This document shows, in pieces, positions 22,447-32,781 of a stretch of DNA of 64,000 nucleotides. A program made the translations under genes and the position numbers. Every line of letters starts with the position of its first letter. The first letter of the stretch is position 1. The notes under the pieces were generated by a model. That model was given only the letters and a program-made list of their open reading frames with translations, ran no database searches and was not told where the DNA came from. This DNA comes from an uncultured Deefgea sp. (GTDB lineage Bacteria > Pseudomonadota > Gammaproteobacteria > Burkholderiales > Chitinibacteraceae): the NCBI GenBank assembly GCA_963508915.1, contig CAUOZE010000007.1, positions 55 to 64,054 of the forward strand, written 5' to 3'.

Positions 22447-23790
22447 ATGTTTGAAAATCTGTCTGGCCGTTTAGGTGGTGTCGTTAAAACGTTGCGCGGC
22501 AACGCCCGCTTGACTGAAGACAATATGAAGGATGCGCTGCGCGAAGTGCGCATGGCGCTGCTTGAGGCCGATGTGGCATTGCCAGCGGTCAAGCAATTTA
22601 TTGCTGATGTGAAAGTACGTGCTGAAGGCCAAGAGGTGGTTGGCAGCCTTACGCCGGGCCAAGCATTGATCGGTGTGGTGTACGAAGAACTCACTAAGCT
22701 AATGGGCGCACAAAATGATGCGCTGAATTTGGCCGCGGTGCCGCCGGCTGTGATTTTAATGGCGGGTTTGCAAGGTGCGGGTAAAACCACCACTTCGGGT
22801 AAGTTGGCCAAGCTATTAAAAGAAACGCAAAAGAAAAAAGTCCTTTTGGTTTCTGCTGACGTCTACCGTCCTGCGGCGATTGAGCAGCTTAAAACCTTAG
22901 CGGGTCAATTGACTGTCGATTGGTTTCCTTCTGATGTAACGCAAAAACCGGTTGATATTGCGCTGGCGGCGATTGATCAGGCCAAACGCCATTTTTATGA
23001 TGTGCTGATTGTCGATACGGCCGGTCGCCTAGCGGTCGATGAAGCGATGATGGCCGAGATTAAGGCCTTGCACGCCGCTGTTAATCCGATTGAAACCCTA
23101 TTCGTTGTTGATGCGATGCAGGGGCAAGACGCGGTGAATGTGGCGCAGGCCTTTAATGCCACGCTGCCGCTGACGGGTATTGTTCTCACCAAGATGGATG
23201 GTGATTCGCGCGGTGGTGCGGCTTTGTCGGTGCGTCATGTGACGGGTAAGCCGATTAAATTCTTGGGTACAGGCGAGAAGCTCACCGGACTTGAGCCGTT
23301 CCATCCCGACCGCATGGCGAGCCGTGTCTTGGGTATGGGCGATGTGCTGTCTTTGATCGAAGATGTGAAGAACACAGTCGACGAGGCTGAAGCACTCAAA
23401 ATGATGAAAAAGGTCAAGTCCGGCAAGGGGTTTGATCTGGAAGACTTTAAAACCCAAATTCAGCAAATGAAGAAAATGGGTGGTATGTCGGCTTTGATGG
23501 ATAAATTGCCTGGCAATATGGCGGCGATGGCCGATAGCCAGCTGACGGATAAGTCAGTTGCGCGTATCGAAGGGATTATTAATTCCATGACGCCGCTTGA
23601 ACGCCGCAAGCCAGAGTTACTGAAAGCCAGTCGCAAACGCCGCATTGCGGCAGGTGCTGGCGTATCGGTGCAAGAAGTGAATCGTTTGCTCAAGCAATTT
23701 GAGCAAACCCAAAAAATGATGAAGCAATTCTCGGGTGGCGGCATGGCAAAAATGATGCGCGGCCTAAAAGGGATGATGCCTGGGATGTAA
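22447..23790 (+). CDS. ffh: Signal recognition particle protein
   Basis: GLQGAGKTT, DTAGR, TKMDGDSRGG, Met-rich M domain. Confidence 0.99.
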   Translation: MFENLSGRLGGVVKTLRGNARLTEDNMKDALREVRMALLEADVALPAVKQFIADVKVRAEGQEVVGSLTPGQALIGVVYEELTKLMGAQNDALNLAAVPPAVILMAGLQGAGKTTTSGKLAKLLKETQKKKVLLVSADVYRPAAIEQLKTLAGQLTVDWFPSDVTQKPVDIALAAIDQAKRHFYDVLIVDTAGRLAVDEAMMAEIKALHAAVNPIETLFVVDAMQGQDAVNVAQAFNATLPLTGIVLTKMDGDSRGGAALSVRHVTGKPIKFLGTGEKLTGLEPFHPDRMASRVLGMGDVLSLIEDVKNTVDEAEALKMMKKVKSGKGFDLEDFKTQIQQMKKMGGMSALMDKLPGNMAAMADSQLTDKSVARIEGIINSMTPLERRKPELLKASRKRRIAAGAGVSVQEVNRLLKQFEQTQKMMKQFSGGGMAKMMRGLKGMMPGM

Positions 23791-23791
23791 A

Positions 23792-23895
23792 GTGCGAGGT
23801 GCGAGGAGTTTGTGCGGTTGGGTATTTGTCACAGGGCTTTATTTAGTGCTTATTTGACTCGTATAGCATCGCACTTGCACCTCACGCCTTTCACC
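23792..23895. repeat. Heptamer-repeat imperfect inverted element
   Basis: GTGCGAG-GTGCGAGG left arm and CGCACTTGCACCTCACGC right arm; related to the element at 61278-61372. Confidence 0.5.
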
Positions 23896-23933
23896 TCACT
23901 CATCACCGTTCAGAAGTTAATTGCCCATCGTCC

Positions 23934-23962
23934 TTGCGGTGAGGCCTGATTTCTGGCAGAAT
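23934..23962 (+). promoter_or_regulatory. Putative sigma70 promoter of the rpsP operon
   Basis: TTGCGG-N17-CAGAAT with TGn extension. Confidence 0.5.
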
Positions 23963-24000
23963 CGCCGCCTTTCTGCTAATTACCAATATTGGGTTTTATT

Positions 24001-24243
24001 ATGGTCGTGATTCGTCTAGCTCGTGGTGGCGCAAAAGATCGCCCGTTCTACAACATCGTTGTGACTGACTCGCGCAATCGCCGCGATGGTCGTTTCATCG
24101 AGCGCGTAGGTTTTTACAATCCTCAAGCCCGTGGCGCTGAAGAAACTGTACGTTTGACGCAAGATCGTCTGACTTACTGGCTCGGCGTTGGCGCACAGCC
24201 TTCTGACACTGTTGCTCGTTTGATCAAAAACGCAGCTAAGTAA
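24001..24243 (+). CDS. rpsP: 30S ribosomal protein S16
   Basis: [17 protein letters not shown]...[10 protein letters not shown]. Confidence 0.99.
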   Translation: MVVIRLARGGAKDRPFYNIVVTDSRNRRDGRFIERVGFYNPQARGAEETVRLTQDRLTYWLGVGAQPSDTVARLIKNAAK

Positions 24244-24246
24244 TCA

Positions 24247-24789
24247 GTGTTAAAAGATCAGAAGTCCTCAGCAGTTGCCACAGCAGTACCAGATGATCTG
24301 GTGTCGATGGGGTATGTGAATGGGGCTTTTGGCATTCAAGGCTGGATTAGTCTTGTTGCTGATACCGAAAGCGCCGATGGCCTGTTGGACTATCCAGTCT
24401 GGTGGCTAGGGCGTAACGGTGTTTTCCGCGCGTATACTGTGGTGGATTCGCATATGCAGCCTAAGAAATTGGGCGCAAAACTCGAAGGTGTTAATGACCG
24501 CGATGCGGCTTTTGCACTCAAAGGTAGCGAGATTTTTATCCCACGCAGCAGTATGCCGCCGGCGGCTGAAGGTGAATATTACTGGGCTGATTTAATCGGT
24601 TTAGTCGTAATTAACCAGCAAGATGAGCGCTTGGGTGTCATTGAGAAGCTGTTTGAAACCGGCGCGAACGATGTCATCGTGGTAAAAGACGAGGCAACTG
24701 AACGTCTGGTGCCCTTTGTTGGGCATGTGGTGTTGGATGTTAATCTTGAAACGCGTGTGATGCGCGTGGATTGGGGCTTGGATTATTAA
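24247..24789 (+). CDS. rimM: Ribosome maturation factor RimM
   Basis: GAFGIQGW, EGEYYWADLIG, TGANDV, LVPFV. Confidence 0.97.
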   Translation: MLKDQKSSAVATAVPDDLVSMGYVNGAFGIQGWISLVADTESADGLLDYPVWWLGRNGVFRAYTVVDSHMQPKKLGAKLEGVNDRDAAFALKGSEIFIPRSSMPPAAEGEYYWADLIGLVVINQQDERLGVIEKLFETGANDVIVVKDEATERLVPFVGHVVLDVNLETRVMRVDWGLDY

Positions 24790-24817
24790 TCCTTAGCGCC
24801 AGGCTTGGTGTAGGCGT

Positions 24818-24903
24818 GCAAAAATTTTATGGCAAGGCGTACAAGCCTCAGTCAGTACAATTGAGTACGGCCAGGCAAGACAACGAGGCAAGAAATTTTT
24901 TGC
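24818..24903. mobile_element. Correia/NEMIS-like miniature element
   Basis: Ends GCAAAAATTTT...AAATTTTTTGC; core CAAGGCGTACAAGCCTCAGTCAGTACAATTGAGTACGGCCAGGCAAGACAACG resembles the Neisseria Correia core as I recall it. Confidence 0.55.
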
Positions 24904-24921
24904 TTAAAGTGTTAGGTTCGC

Positions 24922-25683
24922 ATGCAATTTGATGTTGTTACGTTGTTTCCGGAAATGTTTGAAGCAATCAGTGCGCATGGGGTCACTCGGCGAGCGGTTG
25001 AATTAAATCTGATCGGTTTAACAACATGGAATCCGCGAACATACACAACAGATAACTATCATCGTGTCGATGATCGCCCCTTCGGTGGTGGTCCTGGGAT
25101 GGTGATGTTGCCTGCTCCGTTGGATGAGGCTTTGGCTGCGGCTAAGCAACATCAGCGTGATGTAGGCTGTGTGCCACACACGATTTACCTGTCGCCGCAA
25201 GGCGCGCTGCTCACTCACAAGAAAGCTGAACAATTGGCGCAAATGCCGAGTTTGGTTTTGTTATGTGGGCGGTACGAAGGCGTTGATGAGCGTGTTATCC
25301 AGACGCAAGTCGATGAAGAAATTTCGGTCGGTGATTATGTATTGTCGGGTGGCGAATTGCCCGCGATGATTCTGATCGACGCCGTATCCCGCTTGATTCC
25401 TGGTGTGCTCAATACCGCAGCCAGTGCAGTGGAAGATTCTTTTGTGGATGGGTTGCTGGATTGTCCGCATTACACCCGTCCCGAAAATTATCGCGGCATG
25501 ATGGTGCCTGATATCTTGATGTCGGGAAATCATGCAGCAATAAGGCGCTGGCGCCTGAAGCAGTCACTCGGTCGTACTTGGTTACGCCGTCCTGATTTGT
25601 TGCAAGGTCGTCAGTTAACTAAAGAGGAAGCTCGGCTTCTGGCTGAATTCAAAACTGAATATACAGCACTCCCAAATCCTTAA
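24922..25683 (+). CDS. trmD: tRNA (guanine37-N1)-methyltransferase
   Basis: [38 protein letters not shown]. Confidence 0.99.
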   Translation: MQFDVVTLFPEMFEAISAHGVTRRAVELNLIGLTTWNPRTYTTDNYHRVDDRPFGGGPGMVMLPAPLDEALAAAKQHQRDVGCVPHTIYLSPQGALLTHKKAEQLAQMPSLVLLCGRYEGVDERVIQTQVDEEISVGDYVLSGGELPAMILIDAVSRLIPGVLNTAASAVEDSFVDGLLDCPHYTRPENYRGMMVPDILMSGNHAAIRRWRLKQSLGRTWLRRPDLLQGRQLTKEEARLLAEFKTEYTALPNP

Positions 25684-25727
25684 AACTTGGGCAGAAGGTA
25701 CGGTTTCACATACGGAGTAGTATCCAA

Positions 25728-26108
25728 ATGAATTTGTTACAAATTCTTGAGCAAGAAGAAATTGCTCGTTTAAACAAAGCGATCCCTGATTTTGCACCTG
25801 GCGACACTGTTGTCGTTAGCGTAAAAGTGAAAGAGGGTACTCGTGAACGTCTACAGGCTTACGAAGGTATCGTTATTGCTAAGCGTAACCGTGGTCTAAA
25901 CAGCGCGTTTATCGTGCGTAAAATTTCTTCTGGCATGGGTGTTGAGCGTACTTTCCAAACGTACTCTCCATTGGTTGCTGGTATCGAAGTTAAACGCCGT
26001 GGTGACGTTCGCCGCGCGAAACTGTACTACCTCCGTGATCGTTCAGGTAAATCTGCACGTATTAAGGAAAAATTGCCAGCTCGTAAAGTGGCTGCAGTTC
26101 AAGCGTAA
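25728..26108 (+). CDS. rplS: 50S ribosomal protein L19
   Basis: GVERTF...[14 protein letters not shown]. Confidence 0.99.
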   Translation: MNLLQILEQEEIARLNKAIPDFAPGDTVVVSVKVKEGTRERLQAYEGIVIAKRNRGLNSAFIVRKISSGMGVERTFQTYSPLVAGIEVKRRGDVRRAKLYYLRDRSGKSARIKEKLPARKVAAVQA

Positions 26109-26157
26109 TCTCGCTTTAATTGCAACTGCATCGCTTGCTTGCTTTGCAGGCGACGAG

Positions 26158-26186
26158 AAAACCCCGCATGATTTGCGGGGTTTTTT
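26158..26186 (+). terminator. Intrinsic terminator after rplS
   Basis: AAAACCCCGCA-TGATT-TGCGGGGTTTTTT. Confidence 0.85.
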
Positions 26187-26274
26187 GTTATCTAGTGTAT
26201 TGGGTATTGCGATGTAGTCATTGCTAAATAATGGCTGCAATTAAATACCCTGTAGTAATGGGTGATGTTCAGAT

Positions 26275-26410
26275 TTGGTGTTGATATCGTTTCGCGCTCG
26301 TCGAGTTGGGGTTTTAAAACCCCTCATATCAAACCGACGAAGTCGGTGCAGATATATCGGTCGCCTTCTTTTGCTTACTTTTCTTGGCGAAGCAAGAAAA
26401 GTAAGTCCCC
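26275..26410. repeat. Multi-hairpin intergenic repeat element
   Basis: 16-bp palindrome GGGGTTTTAAAACCCC (26308-26323), ACCGAC-GAA-GTCGGT hairpin, perfect 13-bp stem CTTACTTTTCTTG/CAAGAAAAGTAAG (26374-26405). Confidence 0.6.
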
Positions 26411-26458
26411 ATCGCGGATTGCGATTGCAAAACACCGTGCCGCAGGCACTTAAAACCA

Positions 26459-27358
26459 TCAACACGTAATCTGAACATTGCCTAGTAATGATTGTTTGGC
26501 TGCGCTGATGACCGCTTGGCTGAGTCGCTCTAATTTGGGTGATTGCACGCGCCAGCAATGCCAGTAGAGGTTGACGTCGGTGGGGTGAGCGGGTGCAAGG
26601 TCGACCAAACTGCCGCTGGCCAATAATTCCCGATATTGCAGCTCAGGCACCATGCCGTAGCCTAGCTCCAGTTGAATCGCCTGCAAAAATGCCTCGCTCG
26701 AGGGTACGTAATGACAATGAATGTGCTTGCTAGGTAAGCCCAGTGAGTCGAGTAGGAAATTAGCTTGCAGCGCATCTTTACGGTTAAACACCATCAAAGG
26801 AGCCAAACGCGCCGCCTCCCGTTGTAGTCCGTGCGGGAAATAACGCGCTGCAAATTGTGGGTGCGCCAACAGGCGATAGCGCATGATACCCAGTGGTTCG
26901 GCACGGCAGCCGCGCAGCGCCTCGCTTTCGCTTGAAACGCCTGCTAGCGCGTGACCCGATTCTAAAAAAGTGTAGGTATGGTCTTGGTCGTCGACGGTGA
27001 TGTCGAGTAACACACGCTCGGATATCAAAAAATCAGCCAGCGCCGGCAGTAGCCATGTGGCGAGCGTGTCGTGATTGACCACAATCGGTACGGTGAGGGT
27101 TTGATCCGCATCCAGCTCGGCAAAAAACTCACTTTCCAATAAATGACTCCGGCGAAGGTATTGCGCCAAGCGCTGCCCGGCGCGGGTTGGGCGGCAAGGG
27201 CGGGTGCGGTGGAGTAAAGGCGTGCCGAGTTGGCTTTCCAGCGCGCTCACGCGCTGCGAAATGGCCGATGCAGTCAGATGCAATTGCACTGCGGCTTGTT
27301 CAAAGCTGCCGCTATCGATGACTGCCAGCAGTGCTTCGCCCTTGCGGATGTCGAGCAT
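26459..27358 (-). CDS. argP: LysR-family regulator, ArgP/LysG type
   Basis: GSFEQAA..LHLTASAISQRVSALE; VNHDTLATW, LYWHCW; divergent from a LysE-family exporter. Confidence 0.85.
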   Translation of the reverse strand: MLDIRKGEALLAVIDSGSFEQAAVQLHLTASAISQRVSALESQLGTPLLHRTRPCRPTRAGQRLAQYLRRSHLLESEFFAELDADQTLTVPIVVNHDTLATWLLPALADFLISERVLLDITVDDQDHTYTFLESGHALAGVSSESEALRGCRAEPLGIMRYRLLAHPQFAARYFPHGLQREAARLAPLMVFNRKDALQANFLLDSLGLPSKHIHCHYVPSSEAFLQAIQLELGYGMVPELQYRELLASGSLVDLAPAHPTDVNLYWHCWRVQSPKLERLSQAVISAAKQSLLGNVQITC

Positions 27359-27465
27359 GATCGATCCTATATTAAGAAAAATTAATCATTAATTAGAAAT
27401 AATAAATCACATTTAGTTTTAAGACATTGTCCATGACAATCAGCTCAACACAAAACAGGTGAGTC

Positions 27466-28083
27466 ATGATGATTGATTGGATGGTTTTTATTAAAGCGTT
27501 GGGTTTATGCGCGGCACTGATTATGGCGATTGGCGCACAAAATGCGTATGTGCTACGGGTAGGGATTCAGCGCCAGCACTTAATGATGACCTTGGCAGTT
27601 TGCATCACGCTCGATGCCTTGCTGATTGCCTTAGGTGTGCTGGGGATGGGCGCCTTGGTGCAGGCCTCGCCAATTTTACTGGGTGCAGCACGCTGGGGCG
27701 GGGCGGCTTTTTTAATTTGGTATGGCTTGCGCAGTTGGGCGGCTATTTTGCGTCGAGATACCGCGCTGGAAGTGGAACCTAGTGCTGCACCCATCAGCGC
27801 GAAGCGCGCTTTGATCACGATCTTGGCGATTTCGCTGCTCAATCCACACGTGTATTTGGATACCGTGGTGCTATTGGGCTCAATCGGCGGCAGTTATCCC
27901 GCTAGTTTGCAGCCGAGCTTTATTTTGGGCGCAGCGAGTGCGTCTTTACTTTGGTTTTGTGTGTTGGGTTTTGCCGCTCACGCGCTGTCACGCCATTTGT
28001 CACGCCCTGCCGCTTGGCAGTGGATTGATGGCATTACCGGCGGCACGATGCTGTTTTTAGCGGGCACTTTGGTGCTTGCTTAA
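27466..28083 (+). CDS. argO: LysE/ArgO family amino-acid exporter
   Basis: LIMAIGAQNAYVLRVG, SLLNPHVYLDTVVLLGS. Confidence 0.88.
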   Translation: MMIDWMVFIKALGLCAALIMAIGAQNAYVLRVGIQRQHLMMTLAVCITLDALLIALGVLGMGALVQASPILLGAARWGGAAFLIWYGLRSWAAILRRDTALEVEPSAAPISAKRALITILAISLLNPHVYLDTVVLLGSIGGSYPASLQPSFILGAASASLLWFCVLGFAAHALSRHLSRPAAWQWIDGITGGTMLFLAGTLVLA

Positions 28084-28334
28084 TCAGGAATGGCTTCAAC
28101 CATCGCCTTAATTTTGACTGCCTTTTCAAAATGATCGAGGCGATGCGTTTGAATACACCATGTTGCCGCTTCCATCAATAAAGTTGGATTTTCGTTTTTA
28201 TTGGCAAAAAAGGCGTAAAACGATAAGCCAACCTCTTCGCCTTTCTGAGCTATTTTTTGCTGGCAAACAGCGATGATTTTTTGTTTGAGCTGAGGAGTCA
28301 TTTTTTCTGGTGTTGGGTATGTGTACCTAGCCAT
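28080..28334 (-). CDS. Hypothetical protein (84 aa)
   Basis: Plausible ORF filling the gap; LSFYAFFANKNENP...HRLDHFEKA; function unknown. Confidence 0.7.
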   Translation of the reverse strand: MARYTYPTPEKMTPQLKQKIIAVCQQKIAQKGEEVGLSFYAFFANKNENPTLLMEAATWCIQTHRLDHFEKAVKIKAMVEAIPD

Positions 28335-28362
28335 TATTTGGTAATGGCTAGGTGTAAATACA

Positions 28363-29799
28363 TTAGTAATTTATTTCAGGTGCAATTATTTCTGCGTAAT
28401 CATACAGTGCGGCCAAAATCGCCTCGCCGCGTTCATCGGCGTCTTCCGACAGGCGATCAATTTCTTCGCTGTATTGTTCTAGTGTTCGCGCACCCGCGGT
28501 GCCATCAAACAATTTGTCACTACGCCATTGATCCCAGCGTTGCATTTCTTGCTCGTTGAGGCTACTTGGGTAATTTCTAGCGCGGTAGCGGAAAAATAAT
28601 TCTTCGAGTTGGCGGTCGTCAAAATGCGCTTGTTCGATGGCGAGTTTCTCTGGTGAGAGCGTGCGGATTCGATTGAGCGTGCGGCGGTCGGTGGGCGAAA
28701 CAAAGCCACCATATAGATTGGCATCGACATCGGTTTTTTCGCTACTGGCTTCGCGTTTAAAGACATCACGCCAAATGGCGGATAAATCACTACCCGCTGC
28801 TAGTTGTGCTGCGTGCGCTTGAATGACGTCCATATCGATGCCCCACAGTGCCGCTTGCTCTGCGCTGAGTGTTTTCAGATTGCTCACGACAATCGGCGAT
28901 TTATTCGCGTGGATGGTTTTGATGGGGAGGCGAGTTAAGCCCTCGGGCAAGTCAGCTAGTTTGGTAAACATCCGTTCGCGCATCGTCGGTGCGTCGAGCG
29001 TAAACAATTCGCTTGGATCAAAAGCCAAATCCCACACGATGATTTCATTTTTATTGCTGGGGTGCATTGCGAGTGGCCAGACAATCGCGAGATTGCCGCG
29101 CTCTGCGCCGTACATGCCAGAAATATGAATAAACGGTTTTGGATTGGCGAGATTGATTTCATCAAACACGCGATCTTTTTTGCGCAGCGCCAGACAGAAA
29201 TCAAACAGACGTGGCTGTTTCTCACGGATTAAGCGCGCCAGCGCAATCGTCGCGCGCACATCAGACAGTGCATCATGCGCCGCTTCGTGAACTAAGCCAT
29301 TTGCCGCACTCAGCATTTCGAGCTTGAAACTCACCTTGCCTTCTTCATTGATCGGCCACTCAATCCCCGCTGGGCGCAGCGCATAGGTGGCGCGCACCAC
29401 ATCCAGTAAATCCCAACGCGAGCAATCGTTTTGCCATTCACGCGCATACGGATCCATCAAATTGCGCCAGAACATGTATCGCGTTACTTCATCATCAAAG
29501 CGAATCGTGTTGTAACCCACGCCAATCGTGCCGGGCTGTGCGAGTTCGCGCTCGATCAGGTGCGCAAATTGATTTTCTGGTAGGCCTTTTTCTAGGCAAG
29601 TTTGCGGCGTGATGCCAGTGAGCAAGCAGGCAAACGGATCAGGCAAGAAATCATTGGCAGGCTGGCAATAGATCATCAGCGGTTCGCCGATTTCGTTCAA
29701 CTCACTGTCGGTACGAATCCCTGCAAATTGGCTAGGGCGATCTAAGCGCGGCACTGCGCCAAAGGTTTCGTAGTCATGCCAGAAAAAAGTGTGAGTCAT
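28363..29799 (-). CDS. sbcB: Exodeoxyribonuclease I
   Basis: FFWHDYETFG..PRLDRPSQFAG, GYNTIRFDDE, AHDALSDV; start set at MTHTFF. Confidence 0.97.
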   Translation of the reverse strand: MTHTFFWHDYETFGAVPRLDRPSQFAGIRTDSELNEIGEPLMIYCQPANDFLPDPFACLLTGITPQTCLEKGLPENQFAHLIERELAQPGTIGVGYNTIRFDDEVTRYMFWRNLMDPYAREWQNDCSRWDLLDVVRATYALRPAGIEWPINEEGKVSFKLEMLSAANGLVHEAAHDALSDVRATIALARLIREKQPRLFDFCLALRKKDRVFDEINLANPKPFIHISGMYGAERGNLAIVWPLAMHPSNKNEIIVWDLAFDPSELFTLDAPTMRERMFTKLADLPEGLTRLPIKTIHANKSPIVVSNLKTLSAEQAALWGIDMDVIQAHAAQLAAGSDLSAIWRDVFKREASSEKTDVDANLYGGFVSPTDRRTLNRIRTLSPEKLAIEQAHFDDRQLEELFFRYRARNYPSSLNEQEMQRWDQWRSDKLFDGTAGARTLEQYSEEIDRLSEDADERGEAILAALYDYAEIIAPEINY

Positions 29800-29924
29800 G
29801 CGGATATTGAATTCAAAAATGGATGCGGCTTTTATACTGTGTGCGCCGCATGCTGGCAAGTTCCATCGCCAAATCAGAATGAATCAGCGCTCTGCACTGT
29901 CCATGTCGACAAAGCTAATGCTTG

Positions 29925-30140
29925 TCAGTGTTGGCAGCCGGGCCCGCATTGGTGTGGCACTGGGCTGGCTTGACTCGCGCCGCCGCTGGCTGCTTTCAGT
30001 GCGATGCTGACTGCGCTGAGTTGTTTTTGATATTGGTCTACATGACAGGCAGGGCATGTGGCGAGGGGGGCGTCACTCATTTTTTGTAAGTGATCACCTT
30101 GGTGACCGCATTCAGCACAGCGATAAGCATAAATCGGCAT
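29925..30140 (-). CDS. FmdB-family zinc-ribbon protein
   Basis: MPIYAYRCAECG...CPAC. Confidence 0.9.
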   Translation of the reverse strand: MPIYAYRCAECGHQGDHLQKMSDAPLATCPACHVDQYQKQLSAVSIALKAASGGASQASPVPHQCGPGCQH

Positions 30141-30276
30141 GGCTCAACTTCCCTATTAAATTTCTACTTAGCTTAACTCAAAAGTGTAGGCCGATACAGG
30201 ATAGTGAAATCTTGAATGGCTGGGTTGGCGCAAATCCGCTATAAGTGGCTTTTGCATATTTGGCAGGTTTCAAGCG

Positions 30277-31980
30277 ATGTTCAGTCAGCAGCTCACCCTT
30301 GTTTTGCTTTTGTTGCAGCAAACTTGCGTCTTTTTGGTGATCGCTTGGTTGTTGGCGCGCACGCCTTTGTTCACGCCCTTGATGCAGGTGACGATCCGTT
30401 TGCCACACAAGCTGACTTGTTACTTGGTGTTTTCTGGCTTTTGTATCTTGGGTACGCAGCTGGGTCTAAAAGTGGATGATTCAATCGCTAATATTCGCGC
30501 GATTGGTGCCGTGTTGGGTGGTTTGCTCGGTGGGCCATCGGTTGGTTTGGCGGTGGGGTTTACCGGGGGATTTCATCGCTATACCTTGGGTGGCCCCACT
30601 GATCTTGCCTGCATGATTTCAACGATTTGCGAAGGCTTGTTTGGCGGCGCGATACATCGAGTGCTAATTCGCCGTGGCCGTGTTGATCTCTTATTTCAGC
30701 CCATGCTGGTGGGCTCAGTCGCTTTGGTTGCGGAAATGATGCAGATGCTCATTATTTTAGCGGTGACGCGGCCATGGAGTACGGCGCTGTCCGTGGTGAG
30801 TCATGTTGCACTACCAATGCTGGTGGCCAATAGCGTCGGCGCTGCCTTATTTATGCGCTTGTTGTTAGATCGGCGTGCATTGGCTGAGCAGTTTTCGAAT
30901 GCTTTTTCGGCGCATGCGCTGCGGATTGCCGCGCGAACCGAAGGGGTGCTGCGCGCAGGCTTTAATGAAGCCAATTCGATGAAAGTGGCGCGGATTATTT
31001 CGGAGGAAACCGGCGTTGGTGCGGTGGCTATTACCGATAGGGAAAAGCTGTTGGCGTTTACGGGTACAGGGTCAGACCACCATTTACCCGGTACGCCGAT
31101 TACCTCGCAGCACACATTGCACGCCATTCGTGATAATCGGGTGGTGTACGCCGATGGGAATGAAGTGGCCTACCAATGTTCAATTCATGCGGATTGTCGT
31201 TTGGGATCGACCTTGGTAATTCCTTTGCAAGACGCCGACGATCAAGTGATCGGTACGATTAAGCTGTATGAGCCCAAGGGGCGCCTGTTTGCCAAACTCA
31301 ATCGCACCTTGGGTGAGGGTATCGCGAAGCTATTGTCGCGGCAAATCTTAACTGGGCGAATTGAGGCGCAGCGCGCCTTGCTGGCACAGTCTGAAATTAA
31401 ACTGCTGCATGCACAAGTGAATCCGCATTTTTTATTTAATGCGCTCAACACGCTTAATGCGGTCATCCGAATTGATCCTGATCGTGCTCGTACTTTGGTG
31501 CAGCATTTATCGACCTTCTTTCGTAAAAATCTAAAGCGCCCCGATGAGGTGGTCGCCTTAGCCGATGAGCTTGAACACATCAACGCTTATTTACAGATTG
31601 AGCTGGCGCGCTTTGGTGATCGGCTGAATGTGGTGGTGAAGATAGATTCGGCCTTTTTACAAGTCCGCTTGCCCGCATTTTCGCTGCAGCCTTTGGTCGA
31701 AAACGCGATTAAGCATGGCACTTCTCAGCTTTTGGGTTTGGGTCAGCTGACCTTGTCGGCCGAGCTAGGTAGCCGCGCCAATACCTTGTTGCTGCATGTT
31801 GAAGACAATGCTGGACTATTTGAGCCGAGTCGAAAAAGCAGCGATGGGATGGGGATGAGTCTGGTTGATCGCCGCCTGAAGGTGCGATTTGGCCCTGAGT
31901 ATGGGCTGAACGTTGATAAAATTGCCGATCAATTTACCCGCGTCACTTTGACCTTGCCCCTAACAGAGGAGATTGCGTAA
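30277..31980 (+). CDS. btsS: LytS-family sensor histidine kinase (BtsS/YehU-like)
   Basis: 5TMR-LYT region (IANIRAIG), GAF, LHAQVNPHFLFNALN, LQPLVENAIKHG. Confidence 0.9.
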   Translation: MFSQQLTLVLLLLQQTCVFLVIAWLLARTPLFTPLMQVTIRLPHKLTCYLVFSGFCILGTQLGLKVDDSIANIRAIGAVLGGLLGGPSVGLAVGFTGGFHRYTLGGPTDLACMISTICEGLFGGAIHRVLIRRGRVDLLFQPMLVGSVALVAEMMQMLIILAVTRPWSTALSVVSHVALPMLVANSVGAALFMRLLLDRRALAEQFSNAFSAHALRIAARTEGVLRAGFNEANSMKVARIISEETGVGAVAITDREKLLAFTGTGSDHHLPGTPITSQHTLHAIRDNRVVYADGNEVAYQCSIHADCRLGSTLVIPLQDADDQVIGTIKLYEPKGRLFAKLNRTLGEGIAKLLSRQILTGRIEAQRALLAQSEIKLLHAQVNPHFLFNALNTLNAVIRIDPDRARTLVQHLSTFFRKNLKRPDEVVALADELEHINAYLQIELARFGDRLNVVVKIDSAFLQVRLPAFSLQPLVENAIKHGTSQLLGLGQLTLSAELGSRANTLLLHVEDNAGLFEPSRKSSDGMGMSLVDRRLKVRFGPEYGLNVDKIADQFTRVTLTLPLTEEIA

Positions 31981-32699
31981 TGCGTGCCTTGATTATTGAT
32001 GATGAGCCCCTCGCGCGTGATGAGTTACGCAGCTTATTGCTTGCAGAAGGCATTGAGGTTGTTGGCGAGGCGAGCCATGCCATCGAAGGCATGCAATTAA
32101 TTAATCAACTGCGGCCTGAGGTGGTTTTTCTTGATATTCAGATGCCGCGAATTTCAGGCCTGGAAATGGTGGCTATGCTCGATCCTGAGCGACAACCCTT
32201 GATTGTGTTTGTGACTGCGTATGATGAGCATGCAGTGAAAGCATTTGAAGAGCAGGCGTTTGATTATTTGCTGAAACCCGTTGAAGCGCAGCGTTTGGGT
32301 AAAACACTGGTGCGATTAAGAAAATCGCAAGGGAGTGCGCCCGATTACGGTGCCTTGGCGCCACGAGAAGCGCTAAAGCAATTGCCTTGCCATCGGCATG
32401 ATCGGATTGTGTTGCTGCCAATTGATGAGCTTGAGTTTGTTACCGCGCGTTTGTCTGGTGTGTATTTGGTGGGTCGAGAAGGTCATGAGCATTTCACTGA
32501 ACTCACACTGAAAACATTGGAAGAAAAAACCAAGCTATTGCGTTGCCATCGTCAGCATTTGGTGAATCCAGACAAAATTGCTGAAATTGTCTTGCTCGAT
32601 GGTGGTGGTGCCGAGTTGCTCACGCGTGGTGGATTGAGCGTGCCGGTGAGTCGGCGTTATTTAAAGGTACTGAAAGAGAAGTTGGGGGTATTTGCCTAA
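31980..32699 (+). CDS. btsR: LytTR response regulator (BtsR/YehT-like)
   Basis: DDEPLAR, FLDIQMP, RCHRQHLVN, VPVSRRY. Confidence 0.9.
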   Translation: MRALIIDDEPLARDELRSLLLAEGIEVVGEASHAIEGMQLINQLRPEVVFLDIQMPRISGLEMVAMLDPERQPLIVFVTAYDEHAVKAFEEQAFDYLLKPVEAQRLGKTLVRLRKSQGSAPDYGALAPREALKQLPCHRHDRIVLLPIDELEFVTARLSGVYLVGREGHEHFTELTLKTLEEKTKLLRCHRQHLVNPDKIAEIVLLDGGGAELLTRGGLSVPVSRRYLKVLKEKLGVFA

Positions 32700-32781
32700 A
32701 GGCTATTTTAAATAGTGACTGGATGAAAATACCCTCTATTTCTTATTGTTTGTCTAATTTTTGCGCTAAATCAATACCGCT

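Noticed and set aside
26241-26558. ORFs of 63-105 aa between rplS and argP
   Set aside because: They are readings of the palindromic repeat element, with no protein motif or RBS.
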